Positions 51,169 through 60,414 of a DNA stretch of 64,000 nucleotides are shown here, in pieces (the stretch's first letter is position 1; the number at the start of each line of letters is the position of its first letter). The stretch is from positions 33,243-97,242 of the forward strand of contig JBHHVU010000005.1 in assembly GCA_046754465.1 (NCBI GenBank), written 5' to 3'. The notes under the pieces are model-generated. The model saw nothing but the letters and a program-made list of their open reading frames with translations. It did not search any database and was not told where the DNA came from. The DNA is from Nitrospinaceae bacterium. Its GTDB lineage: Bacteria > Nitrospinota > Nitrospinia > Nitrospinales > VA-1. A program made the position numbers and the translations under genes.

Positions 51169-54100
51169 ATGAAACGTTCCCCCGCCATTTACGTTCTGTT
51201 CTTTTGTTCCGGAATCACCGCCCTGGTCTACGAGATCGTGTGGACGCGCATGCTCACCCTGGTTTTCGGGCATACCGTGTTCTCCGTTTCCGTGGTTCTC
51301 GCGGCCTTCATGGCGGGGCTGGGGGCCGGCAGTTATCTTTTCGGATACGCCATCGACCGCCTCCCCGATTCCTGGGGGCGGAATCCGGACGCCGGGACCG
51401 GCCCGGCTCAACAAGAGGACCCTACCACCGCCTCCCCCCAAGCCAGCGGACCGGTCCCTTTGCTGGTGTATGGGTGGATCGAGATTGTTCTTTTCATCCT
51501 CTGCTCGCTCCTGTCATTATTGTTCGCGAATTTTTCTACACTTTACTCCTGGGTTCACCTCTGGCTGCCCGATTCCCAGGTGCTACAAAACCTGGTGAAG
51601 GCTCTCTTCGCCTTTTTGCTCATTTTCATCCCCACCACCTTGATGGGGTCCACCCTCCCCATCATCAGCAAATACTATGTCACGGACAACCGGAAACTGG
51701 GAAGCCAGGTAGGACTCCTTTACGGCATCAATACGCTGGGGGCGGTCACCGGCTGTCTTCTCACCGGATTTTTGTTCATCGGCACGTTTGGGGTCTTGCA
51801 AACCGTCCTGGCCGCGGCGGCCTTGAACCTTTTCATCGGCGTCAGCGCCATCCGAATCTATCAGGACGCCGGGGGCGCCGCCGTTTGGCGGATAGGGCTT
51901 CCGGGATTTTTCCGTCCCCCGCTTCGTTTCAGCCGGGACACCCTGGCCTGGATGGGGGTCAGCTTTATTTGCGGTTTCACGGCCCTTGCCTATGAGGTGG
52001 TGTGGACTCGGCTCCTGGTTTTCAGCATTTCCAGCACGGTTTATTCCTTCAGCATGATGCTAGCGGTCTTCCTGCTGGGCATCGTTCTGGGAAGCCTGGC
52101 CGTGATTCCGGTCATCTCCCGGACCGTCAACCTGAGGACGGCCCTGATCTATCTGCAAATGGGAATCGGGTTGTACGTGATCGGATCGCTTTACACCATC
52201 AACCACCTGCTTTCCCCGCCCTGGAACAGTTACAACCTGACCGATCCGGCGACCGTATTTTTTCGTTATTTCATAGATTCGGCAGGACTCATGCTGGTTC
52301 CCACGCTGTTTTTCGGCATGAGCTTCCCTATTTTGATCAAAATCATTTCGTGCGGTCCCGAAAATGTGGGCCAGGCCACGGGACAAATTTATGCCTCCAA
52401 TACCCTGGGGGCGATCCTGGGTTCACTCATGATGGGATTTTTGATCCTGCCCGGACTGGGAAGTCAGCGAAGCCTGATGCTGATGGCCACGTTGAACCTT
52501 CTGTTGGCAGTCTACCTTTTCTGGAGCGGATCTTATTTCCGGTTGCCGGTGCGCAAGGGCCTGACCGTGGTATTGGCGGGGCTTGTTCTTTATTTCAACC
52601 TGGCGATTCCCAAGGAACTTCTGGATCAATTTTTCATGCGTGACAGCGCCGGGAAACTCAACCTGAGCAAGCTCATTTACTTCGAGGAGGGATTGACGGA
52701 CACGGTGGCGGTATTCAAGGATAATTACGGGGCGCTGGACCCCAACGCCAAACGATTAATCACCAACGGGATTTCGATGTCGGCCTCGAACATCATCGCG
52801 TCCCGGTATATGAAATTGTTGGCGCACGTTCCCATCCTGCTGCGGGACGCACCCGAACAAGTGCTCGTGGTCTGTTTCGGAACCGGGCAAACGACCGGGG
52901 CGGCCGCGATTCACCCCCGCGTCCGATCGGTCGACGGCCTGGAGCTTTCCCCGAGCGTGATCCGAGCCGGCAAAATATTCGCCACGGAAAACCGCAACGT
53001 TCTCAACAACCCAAAGGTAAACATCATCATCCAGGACGGAAGGAACCACCTGCTGACCACCCGGAAAAAGTATGACATCATCACCTCGGAACCGCCGCCG
53101 CCCCGGACGGCATTCACTGTCAATCTGTATACCCGGGAATATTACGAGCTGGAGAAAGAACACCTCAAACCGGGAGGCATCGTTGCGCAATGGATCCCCC
53201 TCCACAGTCAGGGCGACAAGGAGGTGGCCATGCATTTCCGGACCTTCCTTTCGGTGTTTCCGCACGCCCTGGCCTGGATGTCGGTGGCGAACGAAATCCT
53301 GATCATCGGCTCCGACCGCCCGATCACCATCGATTTCGATAAATTGAAAAAACGATTGGAAGAACCCTTGGTCCGCAAAGCGCTGGCGACGATTGAAATT
53401 CAAAACGTTTATTCCTTCCTCAGCAACCTCTGGTTTCTTGAGGATCGGATGAAGGCCCTGTCGGCGGGACAACCCATCATCACCGACAATCGGCCGGTCA
53501 TCGAGTTTTACCTCGACCTCGGAGGGACGATAAGTCTTTCGGAAAAGGAAAAATACGTATTCAACCGGAGCTCCTTCGAAGACGTCGCTCGGCGGATCCT
53601 TCATCTTTCGCCCCGGGACCGCACGATACTCAAACGTTATTACCGGATGATGGACCTGTACCAGCGGGGCGTGATGTACAACAACCGGGAACAGCTTCTC
53701 GCGGCCAAGGCGCTGGTGGAGGATGACGAACTCATCCGCTATCACCTGCAGGCGGGACGCGGCCAGTTGGCCCGGCTGGCCTTCGAGGTCCAGGAAAATC
53801 CCGGCGATATCGATGCCCTGCTCAACCTGGGTCACGCCTATTACCAGGTGGGGGATTACGAAAAGAGCCGGGATACTCTGCAAAAGGTATTGAAAATTTC
53901 TCCCCGGCAAAGTTTCGCGAACCTGTATTTGGCCTACGACCTGCTCGAGATGGGGCGGCGGGCGGAGGCGCGGAAACAATTCGAGAAAGCCGTCAAATCC
54001 GATCCCCGGCAACTACGGAGGGTGATGCGGGAAATCGGGCTCATCGAGTTGTTGAACAAGCTGGATACCGATCCGGACAATCCGGGATTGATCCTTTCCA

Positions 54101-54447
54101 CCGCGCAGTATTACAACATGAAAAATGAATACCTCAAGGCCCTTCAATATTCCCTGTCCGCGTTGGAAAAAGATCCCATGAATGTCAAAGCCCTTCAAAG
54201 CATCATTTTCAGTTACCGGGGGCTTGGGGAACCGGGCGAGGTGCTGGATTACGCGAAGCGGTACAGCATGGCGGACCCCGATGACATCCATCTGCAATAC
54301 ATCCTGGGAGAGATTTACTCCAAAACGCTTCGATGTGAAAAAGCTATTCCCTACCTGGAAAAAGTTTTGCAAAGGAACGACGCCTATCAGAACACCAGGG
54401 AACTGCTGGACGAATGCCAGGACCGGCGGGCTCTCCAAAGTTCTTAA
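51169..54447 (+). CDS. Fused MFS-like membrane domain / spermidine synthase-like domain / TPR repeats
   Basis: Two repeats of SG..AL.YE.VW.R...Y..NTLGA..G, then VLVVCFGTGQT, ELSP, DGRNHL, YDII.SEP, LY..E, L.PGG...QW, and C-terminal TPRs. Confidence 0.85.
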   Translation: MKRSPAIYVLFFCSGITALVYEIVWTRMLTLVFGHTVFSVSVVLAAFMAGLGAGSYLFGYAIDRLPDSWGRNPDAGTGPAQQEDPTTASPQASGPVPLLVYGWIEIVLFILCSLLSLLFANFSTLYSWVHLWLPDSQVLQNLVKALFAFLLIFIPTTLMGSTLPIISKYYVTDNRKLGSQVGLLYGINTLGAVTGCLLTGFLFIGTFGVLQTVLAAAALNLFIGVSAIRIYQDAGGAAVWRIGLPGFFRPPLRFSRDTLAWMGVSFICGFTALAYEVVWTRLLVFSISSTVYSFSMMLAVFLLGIVLGSLAVIPVISRTVNLRTALIYLQMGIGLYVIGSLYTINHLLSPPWNSYNLTDPATVFFRYFIDSAGLMLVPTLFFGMSFPILIKIISCGPENVGQATGQIYASNTLGAILGSLMMGFLILPGLGSQRSLMLMATLNLLLAVYLFWSGSYFRLPVRKGLTVVLAGLVLYFNLAIPKELLDQFFMRDSAGKLNLSKLIYFEEGLTDTVAVFKDNYGALDPNAKRLITNGISMSASNIIASRYMKLLAHVPILLRDAPEQVLVVCFGTGQTTGAAAIHPRVRSVDGLELSPSVIRAGKIFATENRNVLNNPKVNIIIQDGRNHLLTTRKKYDIITSEPPPPRTAFTVNLYTREYYELEKEHLKPGGIVAQWIPLHSQGDKEVAMHFRTFLSVFPHALAWMSVANEILIIGSDRPITIDFDKLKKRLEEPLVRKALATIEIQNVYSFLSNLWFLEDRMKALSAGQPIITDNRPVIEFYLDLGGTISLSEKEKYVFNRSSFEDVARRILHLSPRDRTILKRYYRMMDLYQRGVMYNNREQLLAAKALVEDDELIRYHLQAGRGQLARLAFEVQENPGDIDALLNLGHAYYQVGDYEKSRDTLQKVLKISPRQSFANLYLAYDLLEMGRRAEARKQFEKAVKSDPRQLRRVMREIGLIELLNKLDTDPDNPGLILSTAQYYNMKNEYLKALQYSLSALEKDPMNVKALQSIIFSYRGLGEPGEVLDYAKRYSMADPDDIHLQYILGEIYSKTLRCEKAIPYLEKVLQRNDAYQNTRELLDECQDRRALQSS

Positions 54448-54615
54448 AGCATCCGACAAAATCGCGGAAGATTCCAAACCCCAACCGGGTTGGATTACCC
54501 GGAAAATCCTCTTCCCCAAAAGGCATGGCATGTTGGGTTGATTCAGGAATTTCCAGGCGCGCGCCGGCGCGGATGATCGGGGGTTGCGGATGGATTTTCT
54601 TTCCGATGGTCTAAC

Positions 54616-54645
54616 TTGACTTAATTTCGGCGACTGTGATAGGCT
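54616..54645 (+). promoter_or_regulatory. Sigma70-type promoter of csp
   Basis: TTGACT-N18-TAGGCT with extended TG; SD GGGAGG before the ATG. Confidence 0.55.
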
Positions 54646-54681
54646 TACCTATCCAAAAATCTTTCGGGGGAGGTTTTTGTC

Positions 54682-54882
54682 ATGGCAGTGGGCAAGGTGA
54701 AGTGGTTTAGTGACCAAAAAGGTTATGGATTCATCGAATCCGAAGAAGGGGAAGACGTATTCGTACATTTTTCCGCCATCCAGGGGGAAGGATTCAAGAC
54801 ACTGACCCAGGGTCAATTGGTCGAATTTGAAAAAAGCATGGGCCCCAAGGGTCCGCAGGCCGCCAACGTGGTGCCCAAATAG
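54682..54882 (+). CDS. Cold-shock domain protein (CspA family)
   Basis: GKVKWF, KGYGFI (RNP1), DVFVHFSAI (RNP2), GFKTL, GPQAANV. Confidence 0.97.
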   Translation: MAVGKVKWFSDQKGYGFIESEEGEDVFVHFSAIQGEGFKTLTQGQLVEFEKSMGPKGPQAANVVPK

Positions 54883-55047
54883 GGACTCGCCTCTTTTATC
54901 ACCCGCCAAAATAATTTAACATTTCCCATGAGTCCCCGCGTGTTTTAATTCACCCGCGAGTTCATGTCAAATCCCTCGGACGGCAGGTTTCGCGGATGGA
55001 ATGGGCCTCCCGGCCGAAAAAGATTTATTAAATAGAGGATCCAATCC

Positions 55048-55551
55048 ATGGCATCCAAAAACAGCACCTTCGATATCGTTTCAGAGACCGACCTGGCGGA
55101 AGTTCAAAACGCCATTAATCAGTCCATGGCCGAAATCCGTCAACGGTTCGATTTTAAAAAAAGTGTCAGCAAGATCGATCTGGACAAGAAATCGCACCAG
55201 GTAGTCATTCTGTCCGATGACGAATTCAAATTGAAATCCGTCATCGATATTCTTCAGGGCAAACTGGTCAAGCGCAAAGTCTCCCTGAAGGCGCTCGATT
55301 ATGGGAATGTGGAGCCTGCCTCGGGGGACGCGGTCCGGCAGGTCATCAAACTGCAGCAGGGGATTCCTCAGGACAAAGCTCGGGAGATAGTAAAATTCAT
55401 CAAGGGGCTGGGCTTGAAGAAGGTGCAGGGCCAGATCATGGACGATCAGGTTCGTGTGACGGGGAAAAACCGGGACGATCTACAAACGGTCATCGCCCAA
55501 TTGAAACAGAAGGATTTTGATATCGCCATGACCTTCACCAATTACCGGTGA
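55048..55551 (+). CDS. yajQ: YajQ family nucleotide/c-di-GMP-binding protein
   Basis: FDIVS, EV.NA, RFDFK, KL.KR, L.QGI, VRVTGK.RDDLQ, F.NYR. Confidence 0.93.
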   Translation: MASKNSTFDIVSETDLAEVQNAINQSMAEIRQRFDFKKSVSKIDLDKKSHQVVILSDDEFKLKSVIDILQGKLVKRKVSLKALDYGNVEPASGDAVRQVIKLQQGIPQDKAREIVKFIKGLGLKKVQGQIMDDQVRVTGKNRDDLQTVIAQLKQKDFDIAMTFTNYR

Positions 55552-55572
55552 ACCGGGAAGGTGGATGGCCCC

Positions 55573-56673
55573 TCAGTGGGAGGCCGGGTGGAAGTTTTGG
55601 GGAAGTTCCGGCTGATCCAATTCGGCGAATTCTTTCATGATTTCCCCGATCTCCGGTAAAATCCGCTTGAAGGCCTCGACCAGTTGGGGATCAAAATCGA
55701 TCCCGCTTTTGCTTTCCAGGATCTCCATGGCCTTTTCCATGGAATAGGCTTCTTTATAGGGCCGTTTGCAAACCAGCGCGTCAAACACGTCGCACAGAGC
55801 GACGATCCTTCCTTCCAGGGGAATCTCCTCGCCCTGGAGTCCCATCGGGTACCCCGATCCGTCCCATCGTTCCTGATGGGTCCGGCACATCAATTCCGCC
55901 AATTGCATCATTTCGGAATCGCTTCCCGACAATATTTCCGCGCCGATGATGGGATGCAGCCGCATCATTTCCCATTCCTCCTCGGACAATTTTCCCGCCT
56001 TGAGAAGAATCTGGTCGGGAATGCCTATCTTCCCGATATCGTGCAGGGGAGCGGCATGGAGAAGGAGTTCGCACCGGGCCTCGTCCAGACCAGCTTCCCT
56101 GCCCAGACGCCCGCAAAGATGGCTCATGCGGATGACGTGGAGTCCGGTCTCGTTATCACGGTATTCCGCGGCGCGCCCCAACCGGTGGATGATCTCCAAT
56201 CGGGATTCTTCCAGCTCGCGGGTACGATCCCGCACCTTGCTTTCCAGATTCCGGTTCTGATCGATAACTTTATTGTGAAGGAGGCGGACCTCCAGCATGT
56301 TGCGCACCCGGGTGAGCGCTTCGGTCATCTGGAAGGGTTTGGATAAAAAATCCTTCGCTCCCGACCTCAAAGCCTTGAGCCGGGTTGTGTGATCCCGCTG
56401 CGCGGTAATGACCAGCACAGGAAGATACGAATCACCATTCATCGTTTTCAACGCATCCATCACGCCGAATCCGTCCAGATGCGGCATTTTTAAATCCAGA
56501 AGAACCAGGTCCGGCCTAATTTTCCTGTAGTTTTCGATGGCTTGGCGCGAATCGGTAAGGCTGTAGATATTGATGAAACCCGCCTGCTTCAACAACCGTT
56601 CCAGAACCCGGACATTGCCTTCTTCATCGTCGATGATGAGAATTTTTCCTTCTTCGAGTTTTTGTTCATCCAT
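55573..56673 (-). CDS. Response regulator with HD-GYP c-di-GMP phosphodiesterase domain (RpfG-like)
   Basis: Receiver (IDDE, LDLKMP, KPF), E.RD.ETG.H, LHDIGKIG, HQERWDGSGYP, DVFDAL, RPYK. Confidence 0.92.
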   Translation of the reverse strand: MDEQKLEEGKILIIDDEEGNVRVLERLLKQAGFINIYSLTDSRQAIENYRKIRPDLVLLDLKMPHLDGFGVMDALKTMNGDSYLPVLVITAQRDHTTRLKALRSGAKDFLSKPFQMTEALTRVRNMLEVRLLHNKVIDQNRNLESKVRDRTRELEESRLEIIHRLGRAAEYRDNETGLHVIRMSHLCGRLGREAGLDEARCELLLHAAPLHDIGKIGIPDQILLKAGKLSEEEWEMMRLHPIIGAEILSGSDSEMMQLAELMCRTHQERWDGSGYPMGLQGEEIPLEGRIVALCDVFDALVCKRPYKEAYSMEKAMEILESKSGIDFDPQLVEAFKRILPEIGEIMKEFAELDQPELPQNFHPASH

Positions 56674-56764
56674 GGGAAATCATCTTTGATTAAGGGAAAG
56701 GTTCCGTAGGCCATTCCGGGCAAGGGAACCCATCCATATTTACATTTACATGGATATACCTGCT

Positions 56765-56793
56765 ATGTTAAATCAAAATTCGCCGGGGGTCAA
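56765..56793 (-). promoter_or_regulatory. Sigma70-type promoter of the HD-GYP gene
   Basis: Minus strand TTGACC-N17-TAACAT. Confidence 0.5.
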
Positions 56794-56873
56794 TGAATTT
56801 AATCCCGTTCAGGATCAATTTATTTTGCGAAAATGCGGAAAGCAGGAAGTAGGAAGAAATATGGCCGCTGAAT

Positions 56874-58094
56874 TCAACCGTTTTGAAATCGAGACACCAG
56901 TTTCCGGATCTGTCCCAATATTTTCGACCCGATCTGGAAAAATTTATTTTTGAGATAAGCCTTGCGGTCGAAAAGCCGGTCGTGGGTTTCTTTCAACAAA
57001 GTGGGAATGTCCAGGCTTTCAGGACACCGGGGAAGGCAGTCGCCGCATTGTGTGCAATTGGAAGCAAAGGTCCCGGGAAACCAGTGACCTTTTTCTTCCA
57101 GCATGTTGTAACGGAACCTGCCGTAATCGACCATATCGTAGGCCTTCCACAGATTCCGGAATCGGAGAATCTCGGGAATGTTGATGACTTCCGGGCAGGG
57201 CAGGCATTGGTGACACAGGGTGCACCGGTCGGAAAGGGAATTCAATGGGGCGTCCATTCGGGCTTTAATCGCCTCATCTTCCGGGGAGAAATACCGGCCC
57301 CCGTTCAGGATCGCGAGATTCTGCGGAAAATGATCCGGATGGTGCATGCCCATGCTCAGCGTGGTGACCTCCGGATGGCTCAGGCAAAACCTTCCGTTGA
57401 ATTGGATGGCCGTGAGGGGATGAACGAGCCGTTTGACTTTTTCCGAAGGTTTCCACAACAGGCCGCCTTTCTCGTTAGGAGATATAATGAACACTCCAAT
57501 GTCCTTTTCACCCGCCAATTGCACCGCGGGGAGGTTGCGTTGAAAAAAATAATAAAAGTGAAGGTTGACGAAACTGAACAGATCGGTGTTCAGGGCCTTT
57601 TCAATGACCTCCAGGGGACCGTGCGTAGAAAATCCGATATGGCGGATCAGCCCCTCCTCCTTCAACCGGTGCAGCGTTTCCACGGGGCCGCCTTTCCGGA
57701 CCGCGGCCTGCAACCGTTCTTCGTTGTTGATTCCATGCCACCCGTAAAAATCCAGGTAATCCAACTGCAGCGCCCGAAGCTGCTTTTCGACGAGCGCCCG
57801 GGTTTCCCCTCCGGTCATCGGGGCGCCCTTGGTCATCATTTTGAACTTGTCCCGGGGAATGGCTAGTTCCTTGAGCACCACCCCATATAAATGTTCGCTC
57901 TTCACATACCCGTGTGCCGTTTCGATATGATTGATGCCCAACTCAATAGATCTTTTCGTTGTCTCCAAACAATTTCGCACGGATTCGGCGGGAAGATAGC
58001 TGCGGGGAGGATTCCACCCCTTCTCATATCGCATGCCGCCCAAGGTGATGACGGAGATCATTTCATTGGTTCTTCCGAATCGGCGGTATTCCAT
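56874..58094 (-). CDS. Aldo/keto reductase with C-terminal 4Fe-4S dicluster domain
   Basis: MEYRRFG.T, LGGMR, GINHIETA.GY, IGFSTHG, CTLCHQCLPCP, CTQCGDCLPRCP. Start taken at 58094. Confidence 0.9.
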   Translation of the reverse strand: MEYRRFGRTNEMISVITLGGMRYEKGWNPPRSYLPAESVRNCLETTKRSIELGINHIETAHGYVKSEHLYGVVLKELAIPRDKFKMMTKGAPMTGGETRALVEKQLRALQLDYLDFYGWHGINNEERLQAAVRKGGPVETLHRLKEEGLIRHIGFSTHGPLEVIEKALNTDLFSFVNLHFYYFFQRNLPAVQLAGEKDIGVFIISPNEKGGLLWKPSEKVKRLVHPLTAIQFNGRFCLSHPEVTTLSMGMHHPDHFPQNLAILNGGRYFSPEDEAIKARMDAPLNSLSDRCTLCHQCLPCPEVINIPEILRFRNLWKAYDMVDYGRFRYNMLEEKGHWFPGTFASNCTQCGDCLPRCPESLDIPTLLKETHDRLFDRKAYLKNKFFQIGSKILGQIRKLVSRFQNG

Positions 58095-58237
58095 GATATT
58101 TCCCAAGGAAGGATTTTCTGCTTTCACAATGGATAAGATGTCATCGGGAGCCGGTGGATTCATCCTCCTTTGCCTCCCGCGGGGAAGGGGGCTCCCTCGG
58201 AGGGTTCCCGGCCGGGCTGCGGCGCCCCCCTTTGAGG

Positions 58238-58266
58238 TTGACACGGCTTCATGGGACCAGTAGGAT
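58238..58266 (+). promoter_or_regulatory. Sigma70-type promoter of the pspA operon
   Basis: TTGACA (58238-43), 17 nt spacer, TAGGAT (58261-66). Confidence 0.7.
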
Positions 58267-58329
58267 TCTGAACGGACACAAGGCGCGGTTATTTCCCCGG
58301 CGCCGGAACCTGAACCCCTATTCCCAACC

Positions 58330-58902
58330 ATGCAAGATACCATATATTTCAGTCTTTACGCGGGTGTGCCCGACTGCCCGGTCCGGATTTACAAGCAGGC
58401 GCGATGGATTCTGGACAACCAGACTGCGCTCGACCTATCCATCATCGGCAAAAGCCACCGGGTCATCAGCCGCCAGGGTGAGGAATGCATCACCGAGTTC
58501 ATCGCCTGCTCCCCCGAGGAAATGCCGGGAAACTTTATCGACCAGTTCCCGGTGCGGGCCGGGGAAAATCTTGCACGAACCTACCGGCTGGGAAGTTTGG
58601 TTTACCGGGTCCATATTCAAATGGTTTCCCGCGCGTTGAAGGATATGGAGGATTTCTTGGACTGGATCCGGACCGGCGCTTCCTTGAAAGTCTTGTCACA
58701 CAACTTTCAGGGGATCCAACAATCCCCAATCCCGGCCCCTTCCCGCCCACCGGAAAATCCCGGCCCCTGGACTCCTTTTACCGGACTGGCGGTGGATTTG
58801 GCGGCCAACAGATTCTATACTGTCCATACCTATCCGGAAAAAGAATTTTCAATTCTAAGCCAAACCGAGGTCCGTTGCCCGGTTTTTTCCACGGTCCCAT
58901 GA
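58330..58902 (+). CDS. DUF2617-like protein
   Basis: L.IIG.SH.V...E.IAC and T.H.YP......S.T motifs recalled for DUF2617; stop overlaps the next ATG (ATGA). Confidence 0.6.
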   Translation: MQDTIYFSLYAGVPDCPVRIYKQARWILDNQTALDLSIIGKSHRVISRQGEECITEFIACSPEEMPGNFIDQFPVRAGENLARTYRLGSLVYRVHIQMVSRALKDMEDFLDWIRTGASLKVLSHNFQGIQQSPIPAPSRPPENPGPWTPFTGLAVDLAANRFYTVHTYPEKEFSILSQTEVRCPVFSTVP

Positions 58903-59261
58903 TCAAGCGCCTCTACCAGATAACCCGCGCCAACTTGAATCACTTCGTCCGCATGCGGACCGAGGGAGTGGCTTCCGGCCCACCGGCTGATGAAGCTCCC
59001 GGCATGTCCTATGCGGAAGATGAACCGGTAGCCGCGGCGGGCCAGCCCACAGATCCTTTGGCGGACCTCTACGCCAACTTGGAAATCCCGCCCGGATCAA
59101 ACCGCGCGGCGGTGAAACAGGCCTGGAAACGGATGATGAAAAAATATCATCCCGACCTGCATTCCACCGACCCGCTGAAAAAGGAGACAGCCACCGAATT
59201 GACGCGCCAGTTGACCGAAGCGTATCGAAGGTTGGATAAAGAACTTTCAAACCGAGGATGA
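58899..59261 (+). CDS. Small J-domain (DnaJ class C) co-chaperone
   Basis: Y.NLE...G.....VK.AW...MKKYHPD.H...A......L.EAY..L with intact HPD; real start ATG 58899, coupled to the upstream stop. Confidence 0.88.
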   Translation: MIKRLYQITRANLNHFVRMRTEGVASGPPADEAPGMSYAEDEPVAAAGQPTDPLADLYANLEIPPGSNRAAVKQAWKRMMKKYHPDLHSTDPLKKETATELTRQLTEAYRRLDKELSNRG

Positions 59262-59271
59262 GGAGCGAAGC

Positions 59272-59667
59272 ATGTCCAATTTCGAAAAGGTAAAAGATTA
59301 TTTGCTGGAAATGGGATTCAGCATCGACCACGAAGACTCCGGGGAAGAACTCGTCGTGGTCAACGATGAGGAACGGGGGATCCACCACCTGGTCCTTGAT
59401 TGCGAAGATCCCATCCTGATTCTGGAACAGGTCATCATGCCCCTGCCCGAAGGTTCCGCCGAGGTTTACAAACGGCTCCTGGAAATCAACCGGACCCTCG
59501 TTCACGGGGCGTTTGCGCTCGACGAGGAGGGCGGGACCCTGATTTTCCGCGACACCCTGCAACTGGAAAACCTCGACCGCAACGAACTGGAAGGCAGCAT
59601 CGACGCGCTCAGCCTGGCGATGGCCGAACACGGGGGAGAACTCCTCTCCTTTTCCCGTTCCAAGTGA
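59272..59667 (+). CDS. CesT/YbjN-like (type III secretion chaperone fold) protein
   Basis: Small acidic protein with LLEINRTLVHGAFALDE...LIFRDTLQLENLD.NELEGSI.ALS pattern; SD GAGGAG. Confidence 0.75.
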   Translation: MSNFEKVKDYLLEMGFSIDHEDSGEELVVVNDEERGIHHLVLDCEDPILILEQVIMPLPEGSAEVYKRLLEINRTLVHGAFALDEEGGTLIFRDTLQLENLDRNELEGSIDALSLAMAEHGGELLSFSRSK

Positions 59668-59697
59668 GAATGCATTCATTAAAAGGAGAACCGTAAA

Positions 59698-60414
59698 ATG
59701 GCAGGATTATTTTCCAGAATTCTACGGCTGGGGAAGGCGGAAGCCCATTCCCTGGTGGACCAGTTTGAAGATCCCATCAAAATGACCGAACAGGGCATCC
59801 GCGACCTGAAAAAGGACCTGACGGAATCGATGCAAAGCCTGGCCCAGGTCAAGGGAATCGTGATCCGCATGCGCAACGACGCGGAGAGCAAGAAAAAACT
59901 GGCGGGCGATTACGAACACAAGGCCATGGCCCTGCTGCAAAAAGCCAAGGAGGGGGCTATCGACATGGCCGAGGCCGAACGCCTCGCCTCGGAGGCGCTG
60001 GGACGAAAAGAGACCGCCGCCCAGGAAGCCGTGCGCCTCAACAAGGAACTCGTGGGGCAGGAAAACATGGCCAACCAGCTTCAAAAAAACGTCGACAAAC
60101 TGCGCACCACCATCCAGCGCTACGAAAATGACCTGATCACCCTGCGCGCCCGCGCCCGCACCGCCGCCGCCACCCGCAAACTCAACGCCCAGATCGCCAA
60201 TGTCGATGCCGGTGGCACCATCGCCATGCTGGAAAAAATGCGTTCCAAGGTCGAGGAAGACGAATCCCTCGCCAAAGCCTACGGGGACATGGCCGATACC
60301 GGCCAGAGCGTCGACGACCAGATCAACAAGGCACTCGAAGCGGGCGGATCGGTCCCCAAGGCGGCGGACAGCCTCGCCGCCCTGAAAGCTAAAATGGGCA
60401 TCCAAGGATCATGA
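59698..60414 (+). CDS. pspA: PspA/IM30 (bacterial ESCRT-III) family protein
   Basis: MAGLFSRI amphipathic start, EDP..M.EQ.IRD, long coiled coil, L.AR...A.A, LEKM..KV...E..A.A, C-terminal LAALKAKMG; SD AAGGAG. Confidence 0.92.
   Translation: MAGLFSRILRLGKAEAHSLVDQFEDPIKMTEQGIRDLKKDLTESMQSLAQVKGIVIRMRNDAESKKKLAGDYEHKAMALLQKAKEGAIDMAEAERLASEALGRKETAAQEAVRLNKELVGQENMANQLQKNVDKLRTTIQRYENDLITLRARARTAAATRKLNAQIANVDAGGTIAMLEKMRSKVEEDESLAKAYGDMADTGQSVDDQINKALEAGGSVPKAADSLAALKAKMGIQGS

Noticed and set aside
56674..56764. Possible c-di-GMP riboswitch in the HD-GYP leader
   Set aside because: Does not match the class I (GEMM) or class II consensus as far as can be seen.
58485..58898. Long N-terminal extension of the J-domain ORF in the track
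   Set aside because: It overlaps the DUF2617-like gene out of frame; the ATGA-coupled start at 58899 is far more plausible.
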